From: Eledone cirrhosa
Lineage: Eukaryota
Assembly (NCBI GenBank): GCA_964016885.1
Contig: OZ024742.1
Location: 110,856,001 to 110,920,000, forward strand
Direction: 5' to 3'
Length of the DNA: 64,000 nt
Each line of letters opens with the position of its first letter. Positions within the stretch are counted from its first letter, which is position 1. The notes under the pieces are model-generated. The model ran no database searches. It was given only the letters and a program-made list of their open reading frames with translations, and was not told where the DNA came from. Made by a program: the position numbers and the translations under genes. Below, in pieces: positions 26,760 to 40,603 of this stretch.

Positions 26760-26950
26760 ATAATTGTTTCTACTTTTGGCACAAGGCCAGCAATTATCCC
26801 AGTACATTTCTGGTACTTTATTTTATCGACCCCGTAAGGATGAAAGGCAAAGTAAACCTCGGCGGGATTTGAACTCAGATCGTAAAGGGACGTAACTATG
26901 CTGGAAAGCATGGCATCCGACCTTCTACCGACACTGCCAATCCACCGCGA
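26760..26950 (-). mobile_element. SINE, same family as 21108
   Basis: Shared conserved blocks, and a B-box-like GAGTTCAAATCCC on the minus strand. Confidence 0.75.
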
Positions 26951-27029
26951 AAAAAAATAATGATAATATATACGGAATAACTATTTACAACAATCGCATA
27001 CATACACAGAGACACACATACACATAAGC

Positions 27030-27308
27030 ATCTAGGGAGCACCCCCTCTCTGTGCTCCTGAGGAGAAGGGTTGCACACTTTTTTTCGGGGGTGTGTGCGA
27101 CACCCCAAGGCGCCTCTTCTCTATTGGGGATTTTGTTATAAATTTTATTTTGTTATATTTTATTTTATTTTTATATTTTGTTATATTTTATTTTATTTTT
27201 ATATTTTGTTATTGCCTCCTCCTTATTGAGGACGCCTTATTATGTAAACTCCCCCCCCATTGTACTTGTCCCACTTTTTGATGCCCTGATGGCAAATAAA
27301 AAGGAAAT
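27030..27308 (+). mobile_element. 3' UTR fragment of a Tx1/L1-like LINE ending at (TATC)n
   Basis: End CCCTGATGGCAAATAAAAAGGAAAT matches the end of the 27400-28305 copy. Confidence 0.6.
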
Positions 27309-27336
27309 TATCTATCTATCTATCTATCTATCTATA

Positions 27337-27399
<63 letters not shown>

Positions 27400-27400
<1 letters not shown>

Positions 27401-28305
27401 CGAGTACCTACAGGCACTCACAGCCCTCTACCAAGCGGAAAGGGCAATTAGCGGAGACTCCACTTCGACATTCTATAGGGGATTCGTGGAGGATAGTTGT
27501 GCGACGTTCTCGGGGAAACTCAGGGCCTATGGACAACTTCCAGAGGTCTCTGGCCTTGCAGTGCTACCGAGGAGCTCTACCAGTTTGAAAAAAATCTACA
27601 GGCACGGACGCCCTGGCAGAGATCCTGCCTAAAGGACCTGTCCAAGATGCGACAGGACATCGAAACCGTTCTGCACGCAATTGTTCAGTACCCAGGGGTG
27701 ACCGACCTGTGGAATTATGTCGAACAGTTGCTGTCACGTGTGGGACGCATCCAGTTGTCAGCCGAGTCCATCGTGAAGATCACCCCGCCGCCTTCATTTA
27801 ATAACGAAGGAGAGGTGGTTTTCCTCTGTCTGATGGCTATGGCGAAAGAGGTAATATGGTGGACGAGGTTAAAAGGACTGCGGGCAAACACCTTTCTCTC
27901 CGGACAACAACTTATCCCCTTCTTTAAGTATCACTTCAGAAGGAAGGTGAGAGTGAAGAGACGGGTGCTACACCCCAGTAAATTCGCTGAAAGGTGGGTG
28001 AATGTGGCGAAAATGGTCCGGGTGAATGGGCCTTCTCTGTATATAAACCTGTAGGTTGAGGAAGATAAACAGAGGGAAGACAGAAACACCTACAAAACGT
28101 GTTCCCGGTGTTCAGGGTTGTTCTATCCACGGGGTGTAAAATAACCCTGCAGTAACGTTCCCCCCTACTGGGGATTTCAATTGATATTTTATTATATATA
28201 TAGTTTATTGTTATTTATTAATGTTAAAGTTATTTTTATGTAAAACTCCCGCCGTCACGTCTTGTAATGTCCCATTTTTGTACGCCCCTGTGGCAAATAA
28301 AGAAA
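27400..28305 (+). mobile_element. 5'-truncated Tx1/L1-clade LINE (C-terminal zinc-knuckle region and 3' UTR), frameshifted
   Basis: QCYRGALPV...CPRC..ETVLHAIVQ.P...LWNYVEQLL resembles the L1/Tx1 C-terminal CCHC region. AATAAA lies near the 3' end. Confidence 0.7.
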
Positions 28306-28727
28306 TATATCTCTCTATCCATTTATTTATCTGTTTTTCCTCCCCCCTCTCTCTCTCTCGCTTTCTCTCTCTACCTAGCTATCTCTTTATCTAGCTAGCT
28401 AGGTAGCCTTCTTCTCGTCTTTATAAAAATGTGCTTGCGTGAGTATATATGCGTGTATGCATGTGTAACTATTTATTGGGGAAGAAAACATACTAGTGGA
28501 AGCGGTATTGAACCAAGTCAAAATACACACAAAATTACGTAACTAGTATATTAGACTAGGAGTAATGGTTCCCTTTGTAACTACGGAATTCCGGGTTCAG
28601 AACCACTACATGTCTTTTAATACAGAAGAATGGGAATAATAAAGAGATGAAGACCTGTCTAATATGTTTTAGATATACATACAAATTTACAGTATACAGC
28701 GAAAAGAAACTACCTTGTACGGAATGA

Positions 28728-28771
<44 letters not shown>

Positions 28772-28774
<3 letters not shown>

Positions 28775-28877
28775 CGAAGGAAATGTGGTAAGGAACCAGG
28801 TGGACCATAACGCACCAAAGTACTCGATACTTAGGGTAGTAGAGTGGGTAATAGGAACGAGTAGGACCTACTCGTTC
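28772..28877 (-). mobile_element. Solo about 97-nt copy of the Naiad 3' terminus in (TA)n, with a micro 5' inversion
   Basis: Reverse complement of about 18012-18107 with about 5 differences. 28856-28877 is a small palindrome. Confidence 0.9.
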
Positions 28878-28878
28878 A

Positions 28879-28899
<21 letters not shown>

Positions 28900-28910
<11 letters not shown>

Positions 28911-30300
28911 AGGGTTGCAGGTAAATGCGTCCGTAGGCGGTATGCCGGTTGAGCACTCGATGCTCGCGCAGAGCAGAGTATATTATTATAAAGAACGACG
29001 AATCAGTAATGCATCAAACCACAATTTATTAACATATTACATATGTTTCTTTGTCGATCAGCTCGAGGCAGGTTCGAATCCAACTCTGCATTCGAAGGGT
29101 CTTGAGATATGTCTTGTGTGTTCGAACATCTCGGCTGTTCTATCCGTAGCACATAATAGCATCCTATATAGGATGCTATTATGTGCTATTAATAAATTGT
29201 GGTTATAGCATTACTGATTCCTCGTTCTTTATAATATAAATATAGGTGTGTGCGTATATATATCTAGTGCAAACAATGTTTCATACACTTAACATGTATG
29301 TTCCCCCAATGGTTTCGCGGTCCAGTCATGGCCATCACTTTTGAATTGCTCCTTCATTCAGGCAGACGGACAAAAATATAAAAAAGAGAAGTAGTTGTTA
29401 AAGATTAAATATCGTAGTGAGCTCGTTGAGGGGGTACTAAAGGTAGGTGGTGTCAGGGGGTTTATGATGTCCGATGAGATGGTGGCTTGCCGCGTGGGCT
29501 TCCAGTTGGGTCTTTTAATGTAAGCAAGTCCTGAAGATTTCTGTCTTTGAATTTAGGTACACATCCGGTTGAGTATAGACCCTGTAAGATCCTGAATTTC
29601 TCACTTAGACAGAGCGAGCACTTTTGCTTCCGTTTTTATATGGTATTGAGTTTTCAAGCACTTTTCACGGGATAATTCTTTTTCTTTTAGCTGCCAGGCC
29701 CTTTTTGCCACTGCTGTATTTGCTTTTATATTTGGGTGTCTAAATCGCCGGTAGAACCTTTGTTAAATCGGTCCAGGACCATATCTACATATTTTCCGCG
29801 GGTCTCTGGCTTTTTGGCTTATGTGTATTTGATCTCGGCTTAATAAATTATAGATCTAAGATTACAATTTTAATGTAATGGACAGTTATTCTTCTTCTTG
29901 CAAGAGCATCCTAGATGTCCATGTGGTTTGCTCTTTTCAGTTATTTTCGATTTCATGGATGAATAGGAAACTCACTGAACGTCGATTGAAGATCTTACAG
30001 TATCTGTGTTGAGGTATAAAGTGCTTATCTATAACGTCTAAGAATTTCACCTATATTAGTTTTTAGATTTAGTGAGAAAGAAGACGCAAACCATATTATT
30101 TTTCATCTATTGTTATTTCTAGGTGAGTGGCTATTAGGAATGTATTTTATCTGTTCTTTAAATCCACTATCTCAGAGGGCCTTGTTGTTGTACGGCGCTG
30201 CTTTTTCCAGTATCTCTCTGCCTAATAAGTTCAAGATTCTGCGGCGGCTAATATTGGGTACTATGTTGTTGTTATAGTTACTGTATTTTAGCGTATAGTA
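28900..30300 (-). mobile_element. Highly decayed Naiad-type PLE 3' half with a foldback 3' region and a degenerate HHR (29031-29113)
   Basis: Minus strand CSCKKNNCPL..C..SIIY and FRHPNIKANTAVAKRAWQLKEK. Foldback spans 28982-29238. Stem I GACATAT/ATATGTT, core CTCAAGA, GAAACATATGTA. Confidence 0.7.
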
Positions 30301-30597
30301 TATTTTGTCCTATTCCTTTTACTGCTCCCTTGTATGTCTAAAATTATTTCTTCATTCCTGATTCTGGATTTGTTTTCTTTCAAGTTTGGATTCCTGTTGT
30401 TATATATATATATATATTGGAAGAAACAGGGAGCTGTGTGGTTAATTGGAAACACAAGAAGCACATGTATGTATATAAGTAATCGGGAGAGCGAAAGAGA
30501 GAAAAGGAGAGAAAAAAAGAAAGGGAAAGAGTTAATAGCAACAAAGTAGATGGAGAGATAGAGAGAACAGGTCACAGCAAAGAATTAATAAAACTTT

Positions 30598-30888
<291 letters not shown>

Positions 30889-30952
30889 ATATAGATACAT
30901 ATAGACATATACATACTAAGAGTGGGAAATGAAATATCGTTTCATTTTTTCC

Positions 30953-30999
<47 letters not shown>

Positions 31000-31517
31000 T
31001 ATCCTCTTTGTGGTTATTTCTTTTGGAGTGACTGTAGCTTTCTCATGAATCATTTATGCCTAATTATTTACTTCTTCCTTACTATGTTTCAATGAAAATG
31101 TAGTCAATGTTGGGATTTTCTCTGTTACGTTGAACGTCAAGTTTGACATATCTAATCCTAAACTGATAATTAGATATAACAAGACTCACGAAAATGAGAA
31201 CACGTGATATTGCCAATAATGACTATGGAACTGGAAGTTCTTTTGAATATTACTAATAATATTTTATTTAAATATATACATTTCCCCTATGCTTAATACC
31301 ACGGGAGCTTTCGTAATACGAAATCAGACAAAAGTAACTATATATATATATATTGATAGTTTCTGTACTATATGCTCATAAACGTTACAACTGTAATTGT
31401 TACTCACACTAACGCACAAACTCATACTGATAGAAAAGTAAATATGTGCTTCTGTGAATGTGTATGTGCATGTGTTTCATGTAGACAGATTTAAATCTAC
31501 CTGTGTCACCCACTAAA

Positions 31518-32272
31518 GCTTCTGTATCTTTTATATATCCATAGTTAATTTATTTGGCAATCAATGTTTATCATTGAGTGACCAACGGTTATAGATATAA
31601 ATATATATATATATAGTCTAACAAAGTTCTTTCATTGCACATCTGCAACATCATCAGTACTATTATCATGTTCCCTCCTATTGTATTGTATTGTAATGTT
31701 TACGCCATTTTTATTTTGTCTCCGTCTCTGGGCATGCGTTTGCGTGTGTGTATAATGTTAGGTGTGTGTGTTCGCGTTTGAGTGTATGTGGTTTGGTTTA
31801 TGTATTCTATCTTTGTTTACTAGTGTGTTTTTATATGTGTTTGTTGTTCTACAACAAACATTATATGCAACATACATTATACACACACGCAAACGCATGC
31901 GCAGAGAGGGAGACAAAATAAATAAATAAATAAATAAATAAAATAAAAATGGTGCAAATATTACAATACAATACAATACAATAGGAGGGAACATGATAAT
32001 AGTACCACTGATGATGTTGCAGATGTACAACGAAAGTCTAACTTTGTTAGACTATATATATATATTTATATCTGTAACCGTTGGTCAGTCGTGATAAACA
32101 TTGATTGCCAAATAAATTAACTATGGAGATATAAAAGATACAGAAGCGAAAACCAACCAAACAGTGAGTGTTTTCTGTTATTATTTCTGGCAAAATTATT
32201 ACAATAATATGACCCTCCCCAAGGATAACAATATTCGTTTCAACACACGATTTCATATCAAAAACCTTGCAA

Positions 32273-32278
<6 letters not shown>
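31518..32278. repeat. Head-to-head inverted pair of an HHR-bearing unit (left arm 31518-31757 minus, right arm 31873-32278 plus)
   Basis: The arms are diverged reverse complements and the right arm ends in (TA)n. Confidence 0.8.
32000..32060 (+). ncRNA. Hammerhead motif with a long stem III and weak stem I (decayed mirror copy at about 31608-31663 minus)
   Basis: CTGATGA 32008-32014, GTTG/CAAC stem II, GAAA 32032-32035, stem III AGTCTAAC/GTTAGACT, triplet CUA. Confidence 0.6.
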
Positions 32279-32349
<71 letters not shown>

Positions 32350-32908
32350 AGCGGAGCAAGCAATTATCAAACAATTCTCTAAATAAATTAAAAAACGATT
32401 TAAATAATCACATGTTCTATTGCTGTTTATTTATATATATATATATGTATGAATGTATGTATGTATGTCTTCAACCACAGCCGACTATTCCCAGTGAATG
32501 TTTTGGTTGCCGACTCTGTGCAAGACATTTTAGATCATTGTCTGGGCTAAAAAGCCACATTCGATCGCAGCGCTGTTAGTTGCTATCGTGTGTGTGTGTG
32601 TGTGTAGATATGCTTATGTGTGTGCGTGTGTGTGTATATATATATATGTATATGTATAATATTATTGTTGTTGTCGTTATTATTATTGCTGTTATTATTA
32701 TTATTATTATTGTTATTAATGTATGTGTGTGTGTATATGTGTGTGAGTATGTGTGTGTGTGTGTGTGTGTATATATGTATGTATATGTATATATATATAT
32801 ATATATATTTCTTTTTTTAATTTTTATTTTCTTTTTATTTATTTATTATTATTATATATTTTTTTTCTTTCTCCTCGTGCAATGGCCATACTCGATAACG
32901 AGGGGGCA

Positions 32909-32976
<68 letters not shown>

Positions 32977-32982
32977 ATGTAG

Positions 32983-33014
<32 letters not shown>

Positions 33015-33037
33015 GCATATATATATATATATATATG

Positions 33038-33089
<52 letters not shown>

Positions 33090-33094
33090 ATACG

Positions 33095-33993
33095 TTTCGA
33101 GAATCGACATTGAATACTTCCGGGTAGTATTCAATGTCGATTCTCGAAATGTAACAGCCTCCTGTATTGAACTAAAGAACATCAGACTACGATTCTCTAA
33201 CTGGATTGTCAAACGCTCAATATCGAATTGTCGTGGATTATGGAGGGGCATATAATCTGAAAAATACACTCCCCTGACTATGAAAATGTCGAAGTACATG
33301 AAGTCCATATCATCCCTTCGCTGTGCATTTCCAATGCTTTTAATATTTTTAATGCTTGCACTATTTTTAATGCTTATATCATTTCTCCACACACAGACTA
33401 TAACAATCATATAAAGAATTTGCCACCAGATCAACCAACCTAACACTCTTGTTTACCTACCTAAGTGCTTCTACTACACGTAACTCTCTGCCACACTATA
33501 TAAACAAGACGCACGTGCTTGCCACACATATAACATTTGCACTATATAACCGCTTATTTTCATGTTGTATTTTAAAGTGTATTTTTGATTTTTGATTGTA
33601 CCTTTTAATATGAATGTAATCTCTAAGTGTGTACTGCCACTCTAAATGCTGTAATGAATGTTGACCCACAATATTTGCTTATGTATCTATATGTCTCTTG
33701 GGTGAAAAGGAGGTCATATAACTGTCCATTCATTAATAAATTGCTCCGAAGAATCCAAACCTCGGTTTGGAGGAAACAGTTGTAAGCACAAAAATGTTTT
33801 GAACAGATCTTTGATTCTTATATTTCATATAACTGCTCTGTAAATCATCTGATGTTTTTACATTGAGCTACTTAACGTACTGGTAATAAGATAGTAATAT
33901 ATTACCGCCTACCACTATTTAGGGTTTGTATAAAAAAATATATATAACTGCAAAAGGTTTTTGTATTTACATAACCATAAATAGTATAATTAA

Positions 33994-34000
<7 letters not shown>
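33095..34000 (+). mobile_element. PLE-type 3' fragment with a 5' palindrome (33095-33149) and a variant HHR
   Basis: TTTCGAGAATCGACATTGAATACT pairs with AGTATTCAATGTCGATTCTCGAAA. The 3' part is homologous to 3113-3540, with (TA)n flanks. Confidence 0.7.
33742..33788 (+). ncRNA. Hammerhead ribozyme with U4C core (CCGAAGA)
   Basis: TGCT CCGAAGA A TCCAAAC-CTCG-GTTTGGA G GAAA CAGTTGTA AGCA. Confidence 0.7.
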
Positions 34001-34038
<38 letters not shown>

Positions 34039-34052
34039 TATATATATATGTG

Positions 34053-34193
<141 letters not shown>

Positions 34194-34491
34194 TGTATAT
34201 ATATATGGGTAGCGTTTGAATGTGTATTGCTAAGGTATTTAGTTCAAGCGGAGAGCTGATTGTTTGAACTATACCTTTTAAATTAGATACACCGGCAACT
34301 CACTATGCATGCAGTACTACTTCCTTTGAACCTTTTGCACACACAAACCCACGCACACCTACACGTGCATACGCACACACACATATATACGCATTATATA
34401 TATATATATATATATACATAACTTTATCGATATTTCCACTTCAATACATACATGTATAAATATAAATGTGTTTTGTCTGGTGCAGATATAT

Positions 34492-34542
<51 letters not shown>

Positions 34543-34790
34543 CACACACACACGCATACACGCACACACACACACGCATACACGCACACACACATACAAA
34601 CATTCATATAAAGATATATAGATATAAAGAATGTGTGATATACGTAGATATACAAACAAGATACATAAATAAGAACATATATATATATATCCTATTCATG
34701 TATGTGTTTAAGCCAACAATATGTCGTCTACAGTTTAACCTTCATTTTAGATTGAAAGATCATAATACAATCACACATATATATATCAAC

Positions 34791-34799
<9 letters not shown>

Positions 34800-34885
<86 letters not shown>

Positions 34886-35395
34886 TGTATTATGATCTTT
34901 CAATCTAAAATGAAGAAACATATATATATATATATAAGAAAAAAGAAATATATATATATATATATATATGTTTCCTTTATCATTCCATATCCCTATTTCG
35001 TAGTGATTTCCCATTCGTGTCTCTAGCTTCCGGCAACAAAACTTATATGCCTGAAGCTGAAGATCTTTCGTTATTTTACCAACCCATTTCTAGTCACGTA
35101 TAGCTACTTATACAATTTTCATCAAACCATTGTCTTATATCTTTTTTTATTTTTTTTTTCATTATTATTTAATTTCGCTATATCATACCTTCCTTCTTTT
35201 GACCTTCTTTTTCACACACACACATATATACATATGTTTGTGTATATATATGTGTGTGTATATATGTATGCATACACACACACACACACACACATATATG
35301 CATGTATGTATGTATATATGTGTGTATATATGTAGGTATATGTAGGTATATACACACACTCACACACACTCACACATATATATATATATTCGCAT

Positions 35396-35430
<35 letters not shown>

Positions 35431-35475
35431 CATATATTTATATTATATATATACATATATATATACATATATATA

Positions 35476-35561
<86 letters not shown>

Positions 35562-35623
35562 TATATTATATATATACATATATATATGAATATGTATATA
35601 CATATATATACATATATATATAT

Positions 35624-35672
<49 letters not shown>

Positions 35673-35687
35673 TATATATATACATAT

Positions 35688-35740
<53 letters not shown>

Positions 35741-35793
35741 TATATACATATATATATATATATGCAAACACACACGCACACACACACGCACAC

Positions 35794-35870
<77 letters not shown>
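34800..35870. repeat. Dense compound (TA)n/(CA)n microsatellite block, representative of dozens in the window
   Basis: Direct inspection. Other types include (TAC)n/(TCC)n at 21330-21520, (TTA)n at 50655-50765 and (TATG)n at 6808-6890. Confidence 0.95.
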
Positions 35871-35874
<4 letters not shown>

Positions 35875-36560
35875 CAAACATACATTATCGCTAGCGCTAT
35901 GGGTATATAATTGATTTTGGACTTCTTTACTTTTCATTCTGTAATTCCTCTTATGTCTTCTTTCACTTGTTTTTCTGCTCAATCCTCTATTTCTTTCCAC
36001 ATTTTTCTTTTTCTCCATCTATATTTCGTCTCCCATTTTCGTGTCTTCTTCTTCTTCTTCTTCTTCTTCTACTACTGCCCCCTCCTCCTCCTCCTCCTCC
36101 TCCTCCTCCTCCTCCTTCTCCTCACTACTTTGTTACCGCATCGTTCTCTTTATCTCCTTCTCATTTCCTCATTCCCTAAATTCTTCAATTTGTTAGTTAA
36201 CAAGCCCACTTTCAATGCCCGTTAATCCGCCTTAATAGAAATAATATAGTCATGCAACACCACCGGTATATATGTGCACACCAAACACAAACATACAAGA
36301 CACTCACACACACCGACACACACACACATACACAAACGCACACAGACGTACATATAAATCACGGCCACACACTTAAATGAGTTTGCATACGCCTACATAT
36401 ATATTATATTTGGACCAATGTGAGTGCATTAGTATTAAATGGACTGAAAAGTAAGTAGCTGAGAGCTACCATACCAAATCAAACACAGACACACACTCAT
36501 ATACATTTTATATATGTATATACACATTATACATTTTATATATGTATATGCATAATATAA

Positions 36561-36664
<104 letters not shown>

Positions 36665-37958
36665 ATATATACATACATGCATACATATATACAAATAAAT
36701 GTAGAGAGTGAAGTAGCCTGGAAGATAGGAAATAGATGCAAATGGAAAAAACGAGAGAGAAATGACATGAATAATGAGGTTATATGAAAAATGATGCTTT
36801 GCTGAAGATACTTTTCCTGGAGAGAAAATTACATCGAGCAACAGTTGATTTCGTGAGAAAAAAATCATTAGCTCCATTTTACGATTTTCCTTAGTATGAA
36901 TAAAAAATTGAAATGACAGGGTTTACAGATTAACACTGTTCTCATCATGTCTGCAAATATGTTGTTTAATTTTTCTGCTCATCTTTGAAATTGATAAGAA
37001 CGTTTGAGTGTGCGAATGATTATATTGTGTGTCTTGTATTATATATTCAATAAATGCTTACCTTCATTTATATCTATGAAACCTGTTCATATATAGCGTG
37101 ATATCTCTAGATGAATCATCCGTGATATTCTCAAGCTTTAGATTTATATATAAGAAAAATAATCAACTGTGTTATTCCGATTTCGTCGTCCGTCTTCTGT
37201 AGAAAGGCAGCTACATTTCCACGATATCTTGAAGTTTTGAAACATGGTATTGGAGAGCAACGTTTGAATAGAATATATGATATAATCAATTTAAAAGCTT
37301 TTTGTCGTTGGTTTGTTTCACGCGTTATAAACTAGTGCTAAACAATCTTTGTTACGATTACCCATCATTTCTGTCACACCAGCTGGTAGAAATAGAATCT
37401 GAAAAATTCTTCAAATGACACACTACCAGTCCTAGAATCACCATTTCTGTAAAAAAAAGGGTTTTCCCACGGATGCAAATGGCTGTTCGTTCATTATTTT
37501 ATTTTATTTTATAGCACATTTTTAATAAGTATGAATTAAATGGATCATGCACGGTAATATATGTGATATAGCAACTCACCGTTGGCAAATCTTTCACAAT
37601 TATATGCTGGGAGAAATGCAACGAGTATTTTTGACACTTCACAATATAGCAGGCTGTAGTGAAATAAAATACAATTAAATATTACATTTTGTTTCAGGTT
37701 TTGAAGAAATTATAAGACTCACTCGTCAAATTACCAAAAAATGCCAGTGCAAATGTTGTATGATATCCAGAAACATATGGAGATTGAGGGGAAGCTAGAT
37801 TATATTGAAACATCGTAAGGGATGATGGTGATAAAAACCATAACAGCTGACATGAAGTATACCTATTTTCAGGTTTAAGGTGGCAAGAAGTGTAGTCTGT
37901 CTTAAACTATGTGCTGGATTCTCAACAGCCCATGCGTGGATGTGTGTGTCTGTGTGTG

Positions 37959-37990
<32 letters not shown>

Positions 37991-38439
37991 AATGTCGTTG
38001 ATAATATATATCTTACTTGCATCCAATGTCCAGAAGTTGTACGTATAGTATAGTCGATAAAATAAAATATATCTCAAGCAGTATGCGCAATATAATGTTC
38101 ATTCTCAACGCCTCAAATTGCTGTACTAGCGTCTAAACTAGAAAGTGTTATTAGTATCGCCACTAAAATAATAATCATTTTTATCATCACCATCTTTTTG
38201 TTATTTCTTATTATCATTATAAATATAGTTAGTTGTGGCTGTACTTTTACAGAGCTTCTCATACGCTGTAATTTATTCCGATAGTTTACTTGATAAATAA
38301 AGTCATTTCTCCATTTCCTCTAAAGAATCAATGGATTCACAGTGTATAAATATGAATCTTATAACTTGAATCGGAAAATAGACTCATCGTTCGACATTTC
38401 TATGTATACATAATTCTCTTTACTTTTTACGACCCCCAC

Positions 38440-38487
<48 letters not shown>

Positions 38488-38491
<4 letters not shown>

Positions 38492-38645
38492 ATAATAATA
38501 AATTTGAAGACTAAAATCCCAAGGGGGATCGATAAGGATAAATATATATCAGATATATAAGAACCGTAGAGCAAATATTTATTAAAATAACAGATTAAAG
38601 TTTAAGCAAAGAAACGGTGCTAAACATCTTTTATTTTAATAAATA
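38488..38645 (-). repeat. Solo 3' end of the 10778-family PLE with a short inversion, in (TA)n
   Basis: Matches 10778-10910. Similar stubs lie at 2351, 6920 and 22686. Confidence 0.8.
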
Positions 38646-38699
38646 AATATATATATATATATATATATCCGCCTGGGAGAAAAGCGTACTCAAAATCGG

Positions 38700-38766
38700 A
38701 GTAGAGAATTTGTCTGATGATCTATTGATAAACAGGCGAAACACCAGAGTATCAAGACTCACTACT
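38700..38766 (+). ncRNA. Probable hammerhead in a 120-bp insert between (TA)n tracts
   Basis: CTGATGA 38714-38720, GAAAC 38738-38742, GUA triplet, interrupted stem I (AGTAG/CTACT, GAG/CTC, TTG/CAA). Confidence 0.55.
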
Positions 38767-38781
38767 TAGCCTTGAAATATG

Positions 38782-38933
<152 letters not shown>

Positions 38934-38942
38934 CATACATAC

Positions 38943-39527
38943 AAGGTGGCTGCTGCCAACTCGTTTTCGAGTACGGCCACTACTTTATATCCATGTAGGA
39001 GAACCCCTAGCGGTGCGCTGAACGAGTGTGACTTTTTAGTCCAGCTAGCGACTTAAAATCTCTGGTACAAACACTACACTTGTGACAATTATTGACACAT
39101 AGTGCTGGGCCCATGGTACCATGTAACGACAAGTGCAGAGAGATCTCCAGATATAAAGCAATGCCTGTGCCGTGAAGCTTTTATAGTGAGCAAAGGCACT
39201 GCACAAAGCCAGTCCCACTCTCATAACCAAGATGATATTTACCAAAAAGAAGAAAAAGTCAACATCATTGGATACCATCAGAGTTGCAGGTGTTATATCA
39301 GAGTTTTCCTTCTCCTAGAATTCTGCCTTGACAAAGGCTAACGGGTCATCTCACCCGGTGATTTTGGATGGCCATTGACTCTTAAGAGCTCCTTTGCCCT
39401 TTGACAGGTTTTGTTTTTAGTCCTGCAGGATGTCCAAAGTCACCCTCCAGTTTAGTCGCCAACTACCCGACCATGAGACAGGGTGTACTGGGATACTTGT
39501 TACCAGTAGCACCAACTGGTGACCTGA
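38943..39527 (-). mobile_element. RTE-like LINE 5' region or derived short element
   Basis: Begins with the GGTCACCAGTT...GGCGACTAAACTGG motif shared with 45620-45699 and 59876-60070. Contains GGAGAAGGAAAACTCTGA, resembling RTE 5' UTRs. Confidence 0.5.
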
Positions 39528-39571
39528 CATACATACATACATATACATACACACACACACACACACACACA

Positions 39572-39655
<84 letters not shown>

Positions 39656-39687
39656 CATGCATACATACATACACACACACACACTTT

Positions 39688-39728
<41 letters not shown>

Positions 39729-39729
39729 G

Positions 39730-40421
39730 TAGAACATTGGAAGGTAATATCCGTAGTGGTAGAACACTCAGTCCATGGGACGAGTTTGGTAGAAGAAGTA
39801 ACACAACAGTTAGTTCACCATACCGAGAACAATTATTTCACCTTACGCGGATCTTCAGCTCGGACTCGTAATGGTTATACGGAACAGGAAGAACAACCGT
39901 ATGGATGCGCATGTGCAGAAACGGTCACTTCACCCAAGCGATATCGAATTGATTTGAAAATTAGAATGTTGTTGCTATTTAATCCGAAGCTTTGTAGTTA
40001 TTCAAGAGGTGTTTCCAGACATGTGGACAACGTGAGAAGATTTAATTTCTTCAATTTAGGCAATCGCTATTGCGTAATACTCACTATTGAGTTGTCTATA
40101 CCTGAGTCTTTGAGGGACCATGCGTGCTTCGCGAGTTTCGTGGATGATCGTTTGTCCGTGTACCTAAAGGTCGACTGATGGTTCAGGAAGCGTTCTAAAT
40201 CGGCCCTCCGTCTTACCCACATAGGATTTAATCTCCTGTGGTTGATTTGGTCGGTTGGAAGTGACCAGAGCTTCATAAACTACAGCGGGTCTGTTGCATT
40301 CCTGTTGAACCGACCAAATCAACCACTGGAGGTCAAATCCTATGTGGGTATGGCAGAGGGCTGATTTAAGGAAGGCTTCCTGAACCATCAGTCGACCTCT
40401 AGGTACCCGGACAAACGATCA
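39730..40421 (-). mobile_element. Naiad-type PLE 3' fragment (GIY-YIG remnant plus HHR) with a 5' inversion at about 40305-40421
   Basis: [38 protein letters not shown]. 40305-40421 is an inverted copy of about 40145-40258. Confidence 0.8.
39823..39863 (-). ncRNA. Minimal type I hammerhead
   Basis: Minus strand CCGAG CTGAAGA TCC-GCGTAA-GGT GAAA TAATTGTT CTCGG. Confidence 0.7.
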
Positions 40422-40429
40422 TATATATA

Positions 40430-40603
40430 TATGGGGGCTTCGAAAGATTCGTGGAAAAAGTACATAGCTAAAAGTCATATGCAAGGATTTTGATTTCAAT
40501 GCACCTGCACGTTTTCGTAATAACCTGTCATGAAAATAAACATCATAACTTAAACCTTTCTCCAACCGACCTCTTTTCACGAACGTTCTGAAGCGCGCTC
40601 GTA
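40430..40603. mobile_element. Mariner-like MITE
   Basis: Imperfect TIRs GGGGGCTTCGAAAGATTCGTGGAAAA and TTTTCACGAACGTTCTGAAGCGCGCTCGTA, flanked by TA. Confidence 0.5.

Noticed and set aside
36795-36845. CTGAAGA...GAAA hammerhead-like spacing
   Set aside because: No stem I or stem III pairing adjacent to the core, so probably chance.
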